From: Eledone cirrhosa
Taxonomy: Eukaryota
Direction: 5' to 3'
DNA length: 64,000 nt
Assembly: GCA_964016885.1 (NCBI GenBank)
Contig: OZ024740.1
Location: 232,624,001 to 232,688,000, forward strand
Shown here: positions 1 to 13,785 of the stretch, one piece after another
How positions within the stretch are numbered: the stretch's first letter is position 1
Layout of the letters: the number at the start of each line of letters is the position of its first letter
Made by a program: the position numbers and the translations under genes
The notes under the pieces: model-generated
Database searches by the model: none
What the model was told of the DNA's origin: nothing
What the model saw: the letters and a program-made list of their open reading frames with translations, nothing else

Positions 1-347
1 ATATATATATATATACATATACATATATGTATGTACATACACGTACATATACACACACATATACATATAATTACACATACTATATAGACACAGATATATA
101 TAACCACACACATACATGCACATATACAACACTTACATACTAATATACATACAGATATACACATACACAGCTATATATACACACAAATATATACAGACTT
201 ACATATATACACATACAGACAAATACTTACGCATCTATATATCGGTATATACATACAAACACCACTACACTATCACACAACTTAGAAATACAAAGAGAAA
301 GGTATATACCTATACACACATACATATACAAATAGAAAAACATATAG

Positions 348-378
<31 letters not shown>

Positions 379-414
379 CACACACATATACACATAGATA
401 TATATATATAACAT

Positions 415-451
<37 letters not shown>

Positions 452-689
452 CAAATATACATACATACACATACAGATATATACACATACATACATGTAC
501 ACACACATAGAAATATTTACGCATACACACATATACACATACATATACAGTCATACACACACATACACCTACACGAACATACACATACACATATATAAAG
601 ATATATATATACACACACACACACGCAACACATACACACATAGACATATATATAAAAAATAAATAATAAAGATATATATATATATATAT

Positions 690-738
<49 letters not shown>

Positions 739-813
739 CACCTAAATATACATACACATACATACACACATACATAGACATACATGTACATACATATACG
801 TACATCGATATAC

Positions 814-844
<31 letters not shown>

Positions 845-1144
845 TAGACATATAGATACATACACACACAACTTACATACACACATATATATACACATGT
901 ATATTCATACATAGAATTAGATATACAATCATACATACATATGCACTTACTTATACTCATATATACAAATACATACGCATCCATATATGCGTATATACAT
1001 AAAAAACCACTACAACCTCACCTAACTCAGACATACAAATAAAAATAATAATAAAAAGGCATATGTATATACATACACACACGCATTAATAGAGATATAT
1101 ATATACACACATACATACACATATATATATATATATATATACAC

Positions 1145-1176
<32 letters not shown>

Positions 1177-1425
1177 ACTCATACATATATATATATATAT
1201 ACACATAGATATCCACACACTCATACCACCATAAATACACATACAAACACCCACATATACATATATATACACACGTATATATATATATATATATATACAC
1301 ACACATAAAAAAACAGACATGCACATATATATATATTTTTTTACACTTATATATACACATATTATATACACATACACAACCTCACTTATACACACATACA
1401 CATAAGTTATATTATAATAATAAAG

Positions 1426-1476
<51 letters not shown>

Positions 1477-1566
1477 CATACATACATACACATACATACA
1501 TACATATAAACATATACATACATAAATACACACATACGAATATAGACATATATTCACACATAGACA

Positions 1567-1617
<51 letters not shown>

Positions 1618-2125
1618 ATATACACAGACACATATACACACTCACATATATATATGTGTGTGTGTGCACACACACATATATACACACATACACATATATA
1701 CACATAAACACATACATATGCATACATGCACACACACACACATATATCACATAGATACGAAGATAGACATATAAATAGAGAGACATACATATATATACAA
1801 CACACATACACACACATACATACACACGCATATATATATACATATATATATACATATATATATTCCTATATATACATGCATACATATATATACACATATA
1901 TACACATACATACACATATACGTACACATATTCACATACACATACATATATACATGCATATATACACATATATACATACATACACACACTCATATATACA
2001 CACACAATCTTACATTCATATTTGCATGCGCATATATGTATTTTTATATTTAGATATAAATACCCAAACCTATATAGACACCTACATACATATATATTCA
2101 TACATAGACGCTTACAAATACAGAT
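1..2125. repeat. Compound (TA)/(CA)/(TACA) microsatellite-rich region
   Basis: Directly visible; ORFs here are only YI/HT/CV dipeptide runs. Confidence 0.95.
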
Positions 2126-2733
2126 GATAATAGTATGGGGGAAAGGGGGGGTTTGGAGAAGGGGATCAAAGTAAATATATGTTTCAAGAAACATAGAATA
2201 TTTTCCGTATCTTTATCCAATGTATGTTCTTACATATTTTCAGTGTTAGGAAATACAACAAACAAGAACTAAGGCAAAATCTATGCATCTCAAAATAAAC
2301 AAGTATACCATTAATCATATGTTAACTAAACCAAAGATAGTCAACATATTGATTTCTAAGGTGTAAATTAGTTAGGTTTATAATATTTGAAGCAGAATTT
2401 TGAAGTTAAACAGTAGTAGAGTATTAATTACAGTATAACTAAATTAAAGTTAATAACGTTATGGTATCAATATTAGGAAATGAATTTAGTAATAGGGAAA
2501 AAAAACACAAATAAAAATAAAATAAAGTATTACATCGGTAGTAGAATATAAATTATAGGTTAACTAAATTAAAAATTATATATTTATTTCAATAGTATAT
2601 GTTAATTAGGTATACAATACATAAAGCAGATATTGTATTTCATCAATAGCATAATATAATTATATGCAAATAGAAATCAAAATTAATACGCATACATATA
2701 CATATACATACACATACATATATACATATATAT

Positions 2734-2776
<43 letters not shown>

Positions 2777-3295
2777 TACATACACATATACATACACACA
2801 CACACATACACATACACATATACATATACATATCTTTTTCAAAAAATTGCATAGAATATATTAACTAGGTATATATCCAAAACACATCCCATTCTATGAT
2901 TACATGATATTCTGCAATTCGTCTGTATAAGGATACTAATTTTAAGCAAATTAAAATTAAAATTTTTAGGTTGATTAAAACTAAAACCAAATAATAAATA
3001 TATTTCTAAAATGTATATTAATTAGGTCTATAATACTAAAAATTATTTCTCTGTCATTGGATACACGATATTATTTTGTTATATTTTATCTGTAAAAGAA
3101 TTATAATAAAAGGTTTAAATAAATTAAAATTAATCTATAAATTAAATTACTAAGTATATATTATTAATATTTAAAGGTTTTTCACAATTTATGATTACAT
3201 AATATTTTATATTCTCATCTGTAATAAAATTTTAATTAAATTAAATTTATAGGTTAACTAACATTTAAATTAAATTAATTTCTAAAATAATGTTA

Positions 3296-4828
3296 TTAAT
3301 TAGGTTTATAATATTTAAATGTTTTTTTTAGTTTATGATTACACGATATAATTAATTCCTGTCGTTTATTTAATAAGATATCCTTAGACTTCATTATTTC
3401 AAATAGTTCTTGGGAACATAATCTACATTCATTTCTATTATTTTGATAAGGGGTGGCTCTTTTGAGCACACTCCAGGTCAAATCATATTTTATATTCTTA
3501 TTTTTATAACTATTGATTTTTTCTGCTAGAGATGTTGTATTGGCCAGTGCGGCATTTTTAAAACTATGCTTGTGGGTATTAAACCTTGTCTTAAAATTGT
3601 TAGAGGTAGCTCCTATATATGAGCAAATAGAATCTTTAGTTTTAACATTACATTTATAGACTATGTTGTTAACAAGACAATTCCCTTTTAATGGGCAGTT
3701 TGCTTTGTTTCTACAGTTACATCCTTTCGTTAATTCTGTATTTGAGGAGATATTATGGTTAATTTGATGTACTGGTGGTATACTTATGGTTTTCTTACAT
3801 TTATATGCATTATATGCACTTATATTTTGTTTTATGTTATTTGTTGTAGAGTATGAGAATTTAACTGTAGACCTATTTAAGATTTGATGGTATTTGTGGT
3901 TTGGCGGGAAGTTTTTCTCAAGGATATAAAAAAATTTTTTAGCAATATTATCCTTAACTTGTAAATTAAAAGGAGCATTATACCAAGTAACCCGTCTATT
4001 ACGGTTTCTATGTTGTTTATTATTTTTATTATTTTTATAGGTTGTATTGTGATTTTTACTAGGAGGATTAATGTTAATGATCTCACCACAACTATTTTTA
4101 GTTATATTTGTAGATTTAGGTGTTTTATCCTTTTTATTAGGAGTTTTATTATTAATATTTATTATAGTTGTATGATGAGTAGTTTTTTGAGAGTTACTAT
4201 ACTTTATATTAGAAGATTTGGTATTTTGGGGTATAGTGTGGGTGGCATTTAGGTGTGTACTTTTCATTTGGTGTTTGTTGGTAATATTATGTTGTATGCT
4301 TTCAGTATTTTTAGTAGAAGGTATATACTCTAATCTATTTTTGTGGCCACTTCTATCTAGAGCTTCGTTATAGAAGGTCGCATTTTTATCAAATACATCT
4401 TGGTTAGAAGAAAGGTTAGAAATTCTAAGTGATATATTATATGCAAGGTTTTTAAGGATAGATTTAGGGTGATTAGATTGTGAGTGTATGTAATGTAAGT
4501 TTTGGTTAGGTTTATGGTAAGGTTGGTAGATACCCGTAGCTAAATCTAAAGTTATATCTAGGAAATTTACTACTTTACTTGTTTTTTCAAAAGTAATATT
4601 AAGATTATAATAGTCTTTAAGGAAAGTTCTAATATGTTTTTTGTTTTTTTCAATTTCTGAAAGGCTAAGGTTGTTAGAAAGAAGAAGACAGTCATCACGA
4701 TATAAACCACCTTTGAGGTGGGGAAAAGAGGCATTTATGTTGAAAAGGAGAAAGAGGCCCACAAGATCAGTAATTTGGGCGGAATCGCTTGAACCCATAG
4801 TAATATCAAAAAGATTACTGTATGTCAC
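3296..4828 (-). mobile_element. Penelope-like element ORF, 5'-truncated: C-terminal half of reverse transcriptase, Cys-rich linker and GIY-YIG endonuclease (Neptune-like architecture)
   Basis: Uninterrupted 510 aa frame with ITMGS, LYRDD, NFLDITL, YIHSQSNHP, CNC..CPLKGNC, IVYKC...YIGAT...FKTRFNTHKHSF and CRLCSQE motifs; begins inside the RT domain. Confidence 0.93.
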
Positions 4829-5407
4829 ATTTTACTGTAACATTTTATTGTTTTATTTTTTTATTTTTCTTAGTTTATAGATACATTTATATTAGGCAGT
4901 CTGCTCAGACAGTTGAATACTGACCCCTCCACCCCCCACCCACCTAATTTCTGTATCTTGATCTAAAAATGTGTGTGCCAGTGTTTTATGTGAGTGAATT
5001 AATATCCATGTGCTTATGATTTTATATCCACATATATAAATGTGAGTGGGGGTGTGTGTGTGTTTTGTATGTTCGTGGTTATGTGTATATTTATGCATAT
5101 ACGCGCGTGTATGTGTGATTGTACGGATATGTGTGAGTATGAAAAAATATATTTATATACTTGACTTCATAAGTGTCAATACGCATCTTATCTGCGCATT
5201 GTAAGCTTACAGAGACATTAACCTTGAAATTTTGTATTTGCATCCATCCTTTTAGTATGCGTATACAAATTATACATACATTTTTGTAAAATATGTGTAA
5301 GGGTTTTACATGTATATACACACACCGAACTGCATTTAACCCTTTGTGTTTTCATTGGTCAATTTTGAACTGAAATTTTGAATTGTTGTTATTATCAATA
5401 AATATAC

Positions 5408-5562
5408 TTCATTATTTCTGAAGACGGCGTATATATGTGTTTGGTATGTATATTTAATCTTGATAATTTGTATAATTTTGTATAATTTTGTACATAGATC
5501 TGTTGAATATGCATACCAATTCTAACACATATATATCCTAGAAACGATCGTTAAATAATGAA
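5408..5562 (+). ncRNA. Type-I hammerhead ribozyme motif with long stem II
   Basis: TTCATTATTT-CTGAAGA(5418)-long hairpin (TATATATGTGTT..TGGTATGTATATTTAA / TTGAATATGCATACCA..AACACATATATA)-GAAA(5541)-CGATCG-TT-AAATAATGAA. Confidence 0.8.
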
Positions 5563-5747
5563 CTTTTTTTGTTTAATATAAGGAATTGTTTATTCATTAT
5601 TTGTTTAATATTTTATCTTGACTCTGTATACCGTTTATTTTTCACCGAAAGTGGTTTTTCATTACATCTCTTCTTTCCATGATATCCGGAATACATTGAG
5701 TTCTTCATACGGATTGGACACTACCGTAAACTCTTGGTAGATTTATC

Positions 5748-5806
<59 letters not shown>

Positions 5807-5808
<2 letters not shown>

Positions 5809-5923
5809 CGAAGGAGTTGTGGTAAGGAACCAGATGGACCATAACGTACCAGAGTACTCAATACTCTAATTTAGGCCAGAAATAGCCGTCGAAAATGTAT
5901 GACGTCGGGGTCATACATTTTCC

Positions 5924-5971
<48 letters not shown>

Positions 5972-6038
5972 AAAATGTATGACCCCGACGTCATACATTT
6001 TCGACGGCTATTTCTGGCCTAAATTAGAGTATTGAGTA
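5807..6038 (+). repeat. Copy of short hairpin-bearing repeat family (AACGAAGG...), with a 70-bp inverted duplication across a (TA)n loop
   Basis: Arms 5855-5924 and 5969-6038 are reverse complements; homologous to 44513-44704, 51077-51270 and 52919-53085. Confidence 0.9.
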
Positions 6039-6282
6039 TTCGGAGAATTATATTTGTATAGGAATCGTCGAAATTCAGTCGAAATTATTTGAGTATGACT
6101 TTACGTGTTATTTCCTACAGCTATAGCCGCAACATAGAGGACTCTTTCGTTGGCTCTTACATATACTCATGTATATATGGGATATGAGGATGATTTAGAT
6201 ATTATATCAAACAATACGTGCTAATACATAAAAGTTTCCATGTACATAACATGTAATTTTAACGGATATTGCTGCTATTTCA

Positions 6283-6410
6283 GTGTGGCTGAGTGGTTAG
6301 AGAATTGTATTCACAATCTTGAGGTTGTGAGTTAGATTCCTGGACCGGGCGATGCGTTATGTCCTTGAGCAAGATACTTTATTTCATGTAGCTCCTTCTA
6401 CCTGCAGTTG
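6283..6410 (+). mobile_element. tRNA-derived SINE, second family (related copies about 10205-10540 +, 30040-30190 +, 58650-58790 -)
   Basis: A-box TGGCTGAGTGG, B-box-like GAGTTAGATTCC, shared core GTCCTTGAGCAAGA..CTT.ATTTCA. Confidence 0.65.
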
Positions 6411-7489
6411 CGACCGATAGATAGTACTAGCAACTGGAAATACCGTCGGAAACATTGTTACCTCGGTCCGATTTGACGAAAGTCGATCGATTCTATTTTA
6501 GCTTCTAGACATAAACGTCTATCTCATTGTCTCAGAAGAACGTATTTTCATCATCATCATCATCATCATCATCCGGTGACCTCAGCCGAAATCGACTCAA
6601 CAATTGATCCACACGTGGGTCTGTCGTTCATTGCCGCTGCAAATCCTGGATTTCAATAGCAGAATCTCTGGTGATGATATCATGATAGGAGAGCTTGCAC
6701 CCCCAGTTATTAGTGACTGCTTGTGGTTTCCAAAGAACTAATGTGGACACAGCCTCGTAGGTGGCACAATGGCAGTGGCCAGCAAATCTTTCTCTCAACG
6801 ACAGCAAATCTTACTTACAACGACAGATATGCGTGGGAGGCTGGCATATAATAAAGAGATGTAATTTGAAGAACATCTAATTGTCAGAAGAATCGATGAG
6901 TTATAGCCACAGTGAAGCGGTGTTTAACTTACGTTAGTAACATATGAGGGAAATTTGGCTGCTATTTTATAATTGTCACCAAACAGTCAGCTATAATGCT
7001 ACCCTCCGCACGTCAACGCCGCTTTTATTGCAATTATTTCTCCCCAACTGGTCTCTCTCTCTCTCTCTCTCTACTCTCCCTCTCTCTCTCTCCCTCTCTC
7101 TCACTCACTCTATCTCTCTCTCACTCTATCTATCTATCTATCTATCTATCTCTATCTCTCTCTCTCTCTCTTGAATCAACAATAATTCAGCCTATCATGA
7201 ATCCTTGTTGCACATACACACACGCACACACGCACACGCACACACACACACACAATAATTCAGCCTATCACGAATCCCTGTTGCACATACATATACACAC
7301 GCACACACAAACACACAAACACACATACACACACACACACACGCGCGCGCGCACAATAATTCAGCCTATTATGAATCCTTGTCCCCCCCCCCCCCAACAC
7401 ACACACCCAAACACAATTCTTTTTATAATAGATATATTTATTACATAACATCAAAAGAACAAAAGAGCATGAGATATCATATACATAAT

Positions 7490-7670
7490 TGTTTCTACTT
7501 TAGGCACAAGGCCAGCAATTATCCAGTGCATTACTGGTACTTTATTTTATCGACCCCGTAAGGATGAAAGGCAAAGTCAACCTCGGCGGGATTTGAACTT
7601 AGATCGTAAAGGGATGTAACTATGCTGGAAAGCATGGCGTCCGACCCTCCACCGATACTGCCAATCCACC
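7490..7670 (-). mobile_element. tRNA-derived SINE, main family, with 19-bp target-site duplication
   Basis: On the minus strand: A-box TGGCAGTATCGG, B-box GTTCAAATCCC, core GCCTTTCATCCTTACGGGGTCGATAAAA (resembles the MetaSINE domain, from recall); TSD GAGATATCATATACATAAT at 7471 and 7671. Confidence 0.92.
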
Positions 7671-8099
7671 GAGATATCATATACATAATGATATATAGTA
7701 TACATAGCATATAAAGAAAATAATTTTGTAAATGCTATTTGATCTTTCATGTAATAAGTTTAGACAAAAAGGTTCTCTTTCCTTTGCTCTCTTGATGTCT
7801 TTCTTCTGTCTCTGTCATATAAACAACCACAATCTCTCACAGGCACATGACTCACTTGATTATTTATAGATCTATTAACACAAAATGTTATACTTCTGTA
7901 TTAAGAAATAAAAATATAAATTAAGAAACCTGCCAAGCATATTAAAAAATAAAATAATAAATTAAAACAATGCAATAACAATGAAGTAAGCATGTTAAGA
8001 AATATAACTCACAAGCGAGTCATGAATTCTGGCCCACCCTTTACATACAAACATTCTATTTTCCTCCCTCACACACTCACACACAAGAATAAACAACCG

Positions 8100-8153
<54 letters not shown>

Positions 8154-8481
8154 CACTTTTCCCCTAACTCACAAGCACACCCCGTCTTTATCACATATTC
8201 TCTCTCTCTCTTTCTCCCCCCCCCTCTCTATGTCTCTCTTTCACACACACACACACTCGCTCGCTCACATACGCTCTCTCTCCCATCTTCGCACTCCGCC
8301 CAACTTAATGCATCTCAGTATTTTCATTATTTTAACTTTTATTTACAATAGCATTATGACAAAATGAAAATTAAAAGAAATAAAAAAGAGAAGTGCGTAT
8401 GTGGGAGAAATAGGAGGGAATTTTTTCTATCTTTCTACTTAACTACGATGCCTGATCTCTCTCGCTTCACAATCTTCTCTT

Positions 8482-8574
<93 letters not shown>

Positions 8575-8742
8575 CATGTATATGAATATTTATACACACA
8601 CACATATATATACATGTATATGAATATTTATACACACACATACACACACACACACATATATATACATGTATATGAATATTTATACACACACATACACACG
8701 CACACATATATATGAATTCGTGAGTGAATAATAATAATTTCA

Positions 8743-8905
8743 TAATTGTTTTTACTTTTGGTACAAGGCCAGCAAACACCCCAGTGCATTACTGGTGCTT
8801 TATTTTATAGACCACGTAAGAATGAAAGACAAAATCAGAGCGTAAAGGCCCATAACTCTATGCTGCAAAGCATGGTGTCTACGCTCTACCAATGCTGCCA
8901 ATCCG
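8743..8905 (-). mobile_element. Main-family SINE, internally deleted
   Basis: Clear similarity to the 7490-7670 copy. Confidence 0.8.
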
Positions 8906-9289
8906 TTTTTAATATTCTGTTTGTTTGTGAGCAAACAGCCATATAAACACCATGTGATAGATGACCAACGATAACCTTTTGTGTCAGCGGTAGCTGAGAG
9001 AAAACAATCAACAATTGTTTCGGAGTTGTTGCTCCTTATCAAGATTATGTATACACGTCATTGCTACCCACTCGAACTGCTGAGAATACATAGTATTCTA
9101 CAATGTAGACATCGGGTGATTAGACTTATTTGCATACCAAACGATTTTACGACCGGCTCTGCCGAAAATGAAAAGACAAAATTGTATTCGCTCTTAACAT
9201 GGTGGATAACTAAATATATTCGATATTTTCCAGAGAAAGAGAAACAGATAGAGAGGGGGGGGAGGACATAGAGGGACAGAGAAAGAGAG

Positions 9290-9385
<96 letters not shown>

Positions 9386-9433
9386 ACAGAATAAAGAATA
9401 ACATGGTCGACTGCACAATAGGGTTTATTTAAT

Positions 9434-9542
9434 GTATTAACAATTGTTTCATAAGTCCGGTGTGTCTAAAAGTCGCTGATCGTTAGAAGTCACGTCACGC
9501 GAAAACAATTACAGTTGATACCCGACCAAATCATCAGAATAC
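9434..9542 (-). ncRNA. Type-I hammerhead ribozyme motif
   Basis: Minus strand: GTATT-CTGATGA-stem II (GGTCGGGT/ACCGGACT)-GAAA-CAATTG-TT-AATAC, then AATAAA, then about 45 nt to (TA)n. Confidence 0.8.
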
Positions 9543-9769
9543 TGATCTGTGTATAGAAAAGCGGCGTTTACGTGCGGAGGGTAGCATTATAGCTGACTGT
9601 TTGGTGACAATTATAAAATAGCAGCCAAATTTCGTTAGTAACAGTGCATATATAGATAAATAGAGAGAGAGGGGTGGCTAGATAGATGTATAGATATATA
9701 TATAGATAGATAGATAGATATATAGATAGATAGATAGATATATAGATAGATAGATAGATATATAGATAG

Positions 9770-9912
9770 ATTTCTTTATTAGCCACACGGGCGCAACAAG
9801 AAAGGGGACAATACAAAGACATGCCGGGGATTTTACATACAGTCGTGTAAAAAATATAAAAACAAACAATTTCAACAATCGAAATCCCCAATAGGGGGGA
9901 GGCGCCACAAAT
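9770..9912 (-). mobile_element. 3' end fragment of a Tx1-like LINE within (GATA)n
   Basis: TTTCTTTATTAGCCACAC...CCCCAATAGGGGGG resembles the 3' UTR at 11505-11680. Confidence 0.55.
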
Positions 9913-9913
9913 G

Positions 9914-10010
<97 letters not shown>

Positions 10011-11324
10011 CAATCACATTTCTGGATTGGTATTATATTTATCGACCTCAAATTGGCAAAGTTGATCTTTGCACGCGGAAGAAAATGAACTGGAACATAT
10101 GATTAGGCTTATTTATTCCGATGTCTATTCTCCGCCTTGCAGTGATACAATAGTTCAAATAAAGACATAGCGTAATATTCTAGTCTTCTATTCCTTGACT
10201 CTTTTATTAGTGGTTAGGGTGTTCTGCTTATGATCGTTAAGTTCCGAGTACTATTCCCTCTTCCCAGTGGCGTGTTGTTTCCTTCAGCAAAACATTTTAT
10301 TTTATGTTGCTCTAGTTCACCCAGCTGGAGGAAATGAGGTGTAACTTAATTCAAAAGTCAGTATTGGCACATATGGTATAAAACTGAATCTCCCTAGGAA
10401 CTTCGTTGAGGTTACACGTATTTGTGTAATGATTAGCCACTTGACCATTAATTGCACGAGCAGATTGTTCTATTGTTCGAACAACTGGAAGATTCCTCGT
10501 CGGAACCGACGAAGCTCCAGCTTAATAATGCGTTAAATATGGCTGAGCTACTCCAGGGGATGACAGGGGTTGGATTTGATCTCGGATGTGGAAAATACAA
10601 AAGCAATACTGCATCGAATATATGCATTCGAAACTGTGCGTATAATACAATTGTTCATTTCTTGACGTTGCAATTGTTGATTTAGCAGGTATTGTGAGAG
10701 ATAAGAGGAGAAAAATAAAGAAGTTGAAGGTCAAATTAAATAAATAAAACACCTCCTTATAAAGAAAAGTTATTATTCAACGTCTGTCCCGCTAACTTAA
10801 GCCTCACACACTCTCTCCCCTTTTCTGTCATTCTCTCTCCGCCCACCTTTCATACTATAATCGTAGTTTACATTTGATAGGTGACAGTAACAGTGTCACA
10901 TGAACACCTTGGCTGTAGAAAGCTGCTTTACCTCCCCTGATTGGCTTATATTCTGTAGTTAAATTGCCCTCTCACCTTTTCAATAGCTACAATGTTATAT
11001 TTTAACGAATCAGAGACAGCCAAGCCGTTTCCAGAAGGTATCACTGATTCGTTCATAAACACGTCTCTTTTGTGATCTATTCAAGGGCTTATGAAATAGA
11101 GAAAGAGGAATGTCACATGGTTAGTGTAAGGAGTTTTGGATGGATTTGTTTGAGAATGCAGTTGTGAAGGGGATATCTCATCCAATAGCAAAGAATAAAT
11201 TGAATGATGCAGTGATAATAAGTAAGGGTATTGGTGAGAATAATGACGATAATGTGTATAGGTGTGTAAGGTTTTTCTGGTTGTTACTGTGGTAATGGTC
11301 GCGTTGTTCATATTTACGAGTGTA

Positions 11325-11342
11325 CTAGTAGTAGTAGTAGTG

Positions 11343-11387
<45 letters not shown>

Positions 11388-11422
11388 TTGGAAGTAGCAG
11401 AAGTAGTAGTAGTAGCAGTAGC

Positions 11423-11472
<50 letters not shown>
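11325..11472. repeat. (GTA)n microsatellite
   Basis: Direct. Confidence 0.95.
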
Positions 11473-11474
<2 letters not shown>

Positions 11475-11504
11475 AGTTTGGTGTGACCACTGTGACAGTA
11501 ATGA

Positions 11505-12960
11505 TGGTTTCTTTATTGGCCACAAGGGCTAACATGACGAAAAACATTACAGACGGCACAGAACGGTACAGGGCGATACAAAGTGGCTTTTGTCCGTGTA
11601 AAAAAGGTTATGACAAGAAGATAGAAATATCAAAAATATTCAAACAACAAAAGTTCCCCAATGAGGGGGGGGGGCTTCTGTGGGTCACTCCTGACGAAAA
11701 CCACATAAAAGACCACGGCCATCCTGACTACCAGAGCAAGCGCCCTCAATAGTTTTCCACCCCTCGGTCTACATGCGCATACTCAGACCAGACTCGCCAC
11801 TTTCACCCACCTTTCAACAAACTTACTAGGCGACAGCACTCGCCTCTCCACCCTGATTTTCCTCTTCAAGTGAAACTTGAAAAAGTTAATCATGGATTCG
11901 CCGGAGAGGAAATTGTCCGTCTTCAACCTTTCAACATTGTCCGCCACACAATATTTTGCCATGGCCACCAGGCAGATGAAAACTGTCCGCCCTTCCTCCT
12001 CCTTAAAGGAGGATGGCGGGGCTATCTGCACAATGGATGCAGTCGATAACCGGATCCGTCCTACAGGCGACAGCAACTGTTCGACATAACTCCACAAGTC
12101 AGCAATTCTCGGGCACTGAACGAGTGCGTGCAAGGCCGTTTCGTCGCCCTGCGCGCATCTCGGACGGGCTCGGCTGACAGCACCTCCGTGCCTGTAGAGC
12201 TTATCCCGAACCGGCAACGCTCCCCGGTAGCACTGCCAGGCCATGGATTTCTGGAAGTTGTCCATAGGCTCCGGGCTGAAAGTTCTCTCAAAGAGAGCGA
12301 ACAGCTGATCGTCTTCGATGCCCAGGGTCTCCCCGAGAACGTCGTCGCTCTTTCCCTCCACTATCCCATTATAGAACGCCGAGGTGGATGTTCCACCGAT
12401 ACTAGTGCCCAGCTGGTAGATGGCGGCGAGCGCTTGGAGACATTCCAGCTTCCAAGTGTTATCCCTCGGTCTTTTACTAATCCAGGACTGCAGCTCCGTC
12501 AATGAGACGAGCGAGGGAAAAGCGCGTCTGGCAAACGGCGACCATACCTGTTCACCGCCAAGAAAGCATGTTTGTACATCATCAGCCACGGCATGCCTAG
12601 TCCTCCACGCAACGGGTGCTGACAGCAGATGAAACGTCTGAACATGGGAGCACGTCTTTCCACAAAAAGCGGAGAAGGCGCTCCATTTTGGTCAGAGTTT
12701 GGTAGGGGCAAGGTACGACGGTCAGGCGGTAGCAGATGACGGACGCGATGTACGCATTCACCACCTCCGCTCAACCTTTCAGAGACAGCCTCCTCTCTTC
12801 CCATTTCTGGGTGAGAGAGGCCACCCTGCTCGTCTCCTCGCTCCAGTTTTTCTCCATCTGGAGGTCCAGCCCGAACCAGACCTCGAGAAATTTAACCGGT
12901 CCTTCCGTCCAGCGCCCCACGACGCTGTCGCACGGCATGGACCTGCCTCTCCACTGGGAC
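11505..12960 (-). mobile_element. 5'-truncated L1/Tx1-clade LINE (C-terminal zf-RVT region and 3' UTR), frameshifted
   Basis: GC-rich island; ORF 11783-12589 has WQCYRGALPVRDKL..RC...ETALHALVQCP; AATAAA on minus strand near 11515. Confidence 0.82.
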
Positions 12961-13129
12961 AGTAATGATGATGGTAGCAGTGTTGCAATAATACTCTGCG
13001 GTGGAGTCCGTGATCGTGTTGGGTTCAGTGTGAATGGTATTAGTTGGGCGTGATGATGGTGGTTTTAGCGATGGTAATAGTAAAGAAATATGGTTATTTC
13101 TTGGGTTGATTTCCGTGATACCAATAATG

Positions 13130-13345
13130 ATTTCTAGTGAAAGCACAAGGCCTGTAATTTGTGGGGAGGGGAAAAGTCGATTAAATCGACCCCAGTGCGT
13201 TACTGGTGTTTTATTTTATCGACCCCGTAAGGATGAAAGGCAAAGTTAACCTTGGCGGGATTTGAACTTAGACCGTAAAGGGTCGTAACTCTATGCTGCA
13301 AAGCATGGTGTCCGACTCTCTACCGATACTGCCAGCCCACCGTGG
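13130..13345 (-). mobile_element. Main-family SINE, longer variant
   Basis: Matches the consensus, with an extra GGGGAGGGGAAAAGTCGATTAAATCGACC segment. Confidence 0.88.
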
Positions 13346-13785
13346 TGATACCAATAATATTGGGGTGATGGCGATGGCGATTGTAGTGATAGTTATTTAT
13401 TTGTACTGTGATTCTTTTATTTTTCTACTGGGAAAGTTGGTTCGAATACTGGGAAAGTTGGTTGGTAATGGTAATAAAGTAGTGGTGATTGCAGTTGTGT
13501 TGATAGTGATGGGGGTCAGGAGCGGAAGAAGTTTGCATGATGCCCCTGGATTTTTTTTTTTTATTGCTGCCATTAAATGTTATCTATCGTCACAAAATAT
13601 AATTTTGGGGCCCATTTGATATTGGAGAAACTTGGCTACATCCCAAACAATCATTAATCGGAGGTTGACGAGGATTGAGTACTAATCGTATTGATAATTG
13701 TTTATTTGTACTCTTCTGTGGTTATTGCTATTTCTTCTGTTGCTGGCAAACTGTAATCACAAACAGCAGAATTATGGTATGCAGT

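Noticed and set aside
116-2864. Many long ORFs (also 19.3-21.9 kb, 56-59.7 kb and 62.4-64 kb)
   Set aside because: Translations of stop-free microsatellites
7178-7382. Three copies of AATAATTCAGCCTAT.A.GAATCC with variable spacers, superficially CRISPR-like
   Set aside because: Spacers are (CA)n tracts, the context is eukaryotic and there are no cas genes; this is a minisatellite with internal slippage
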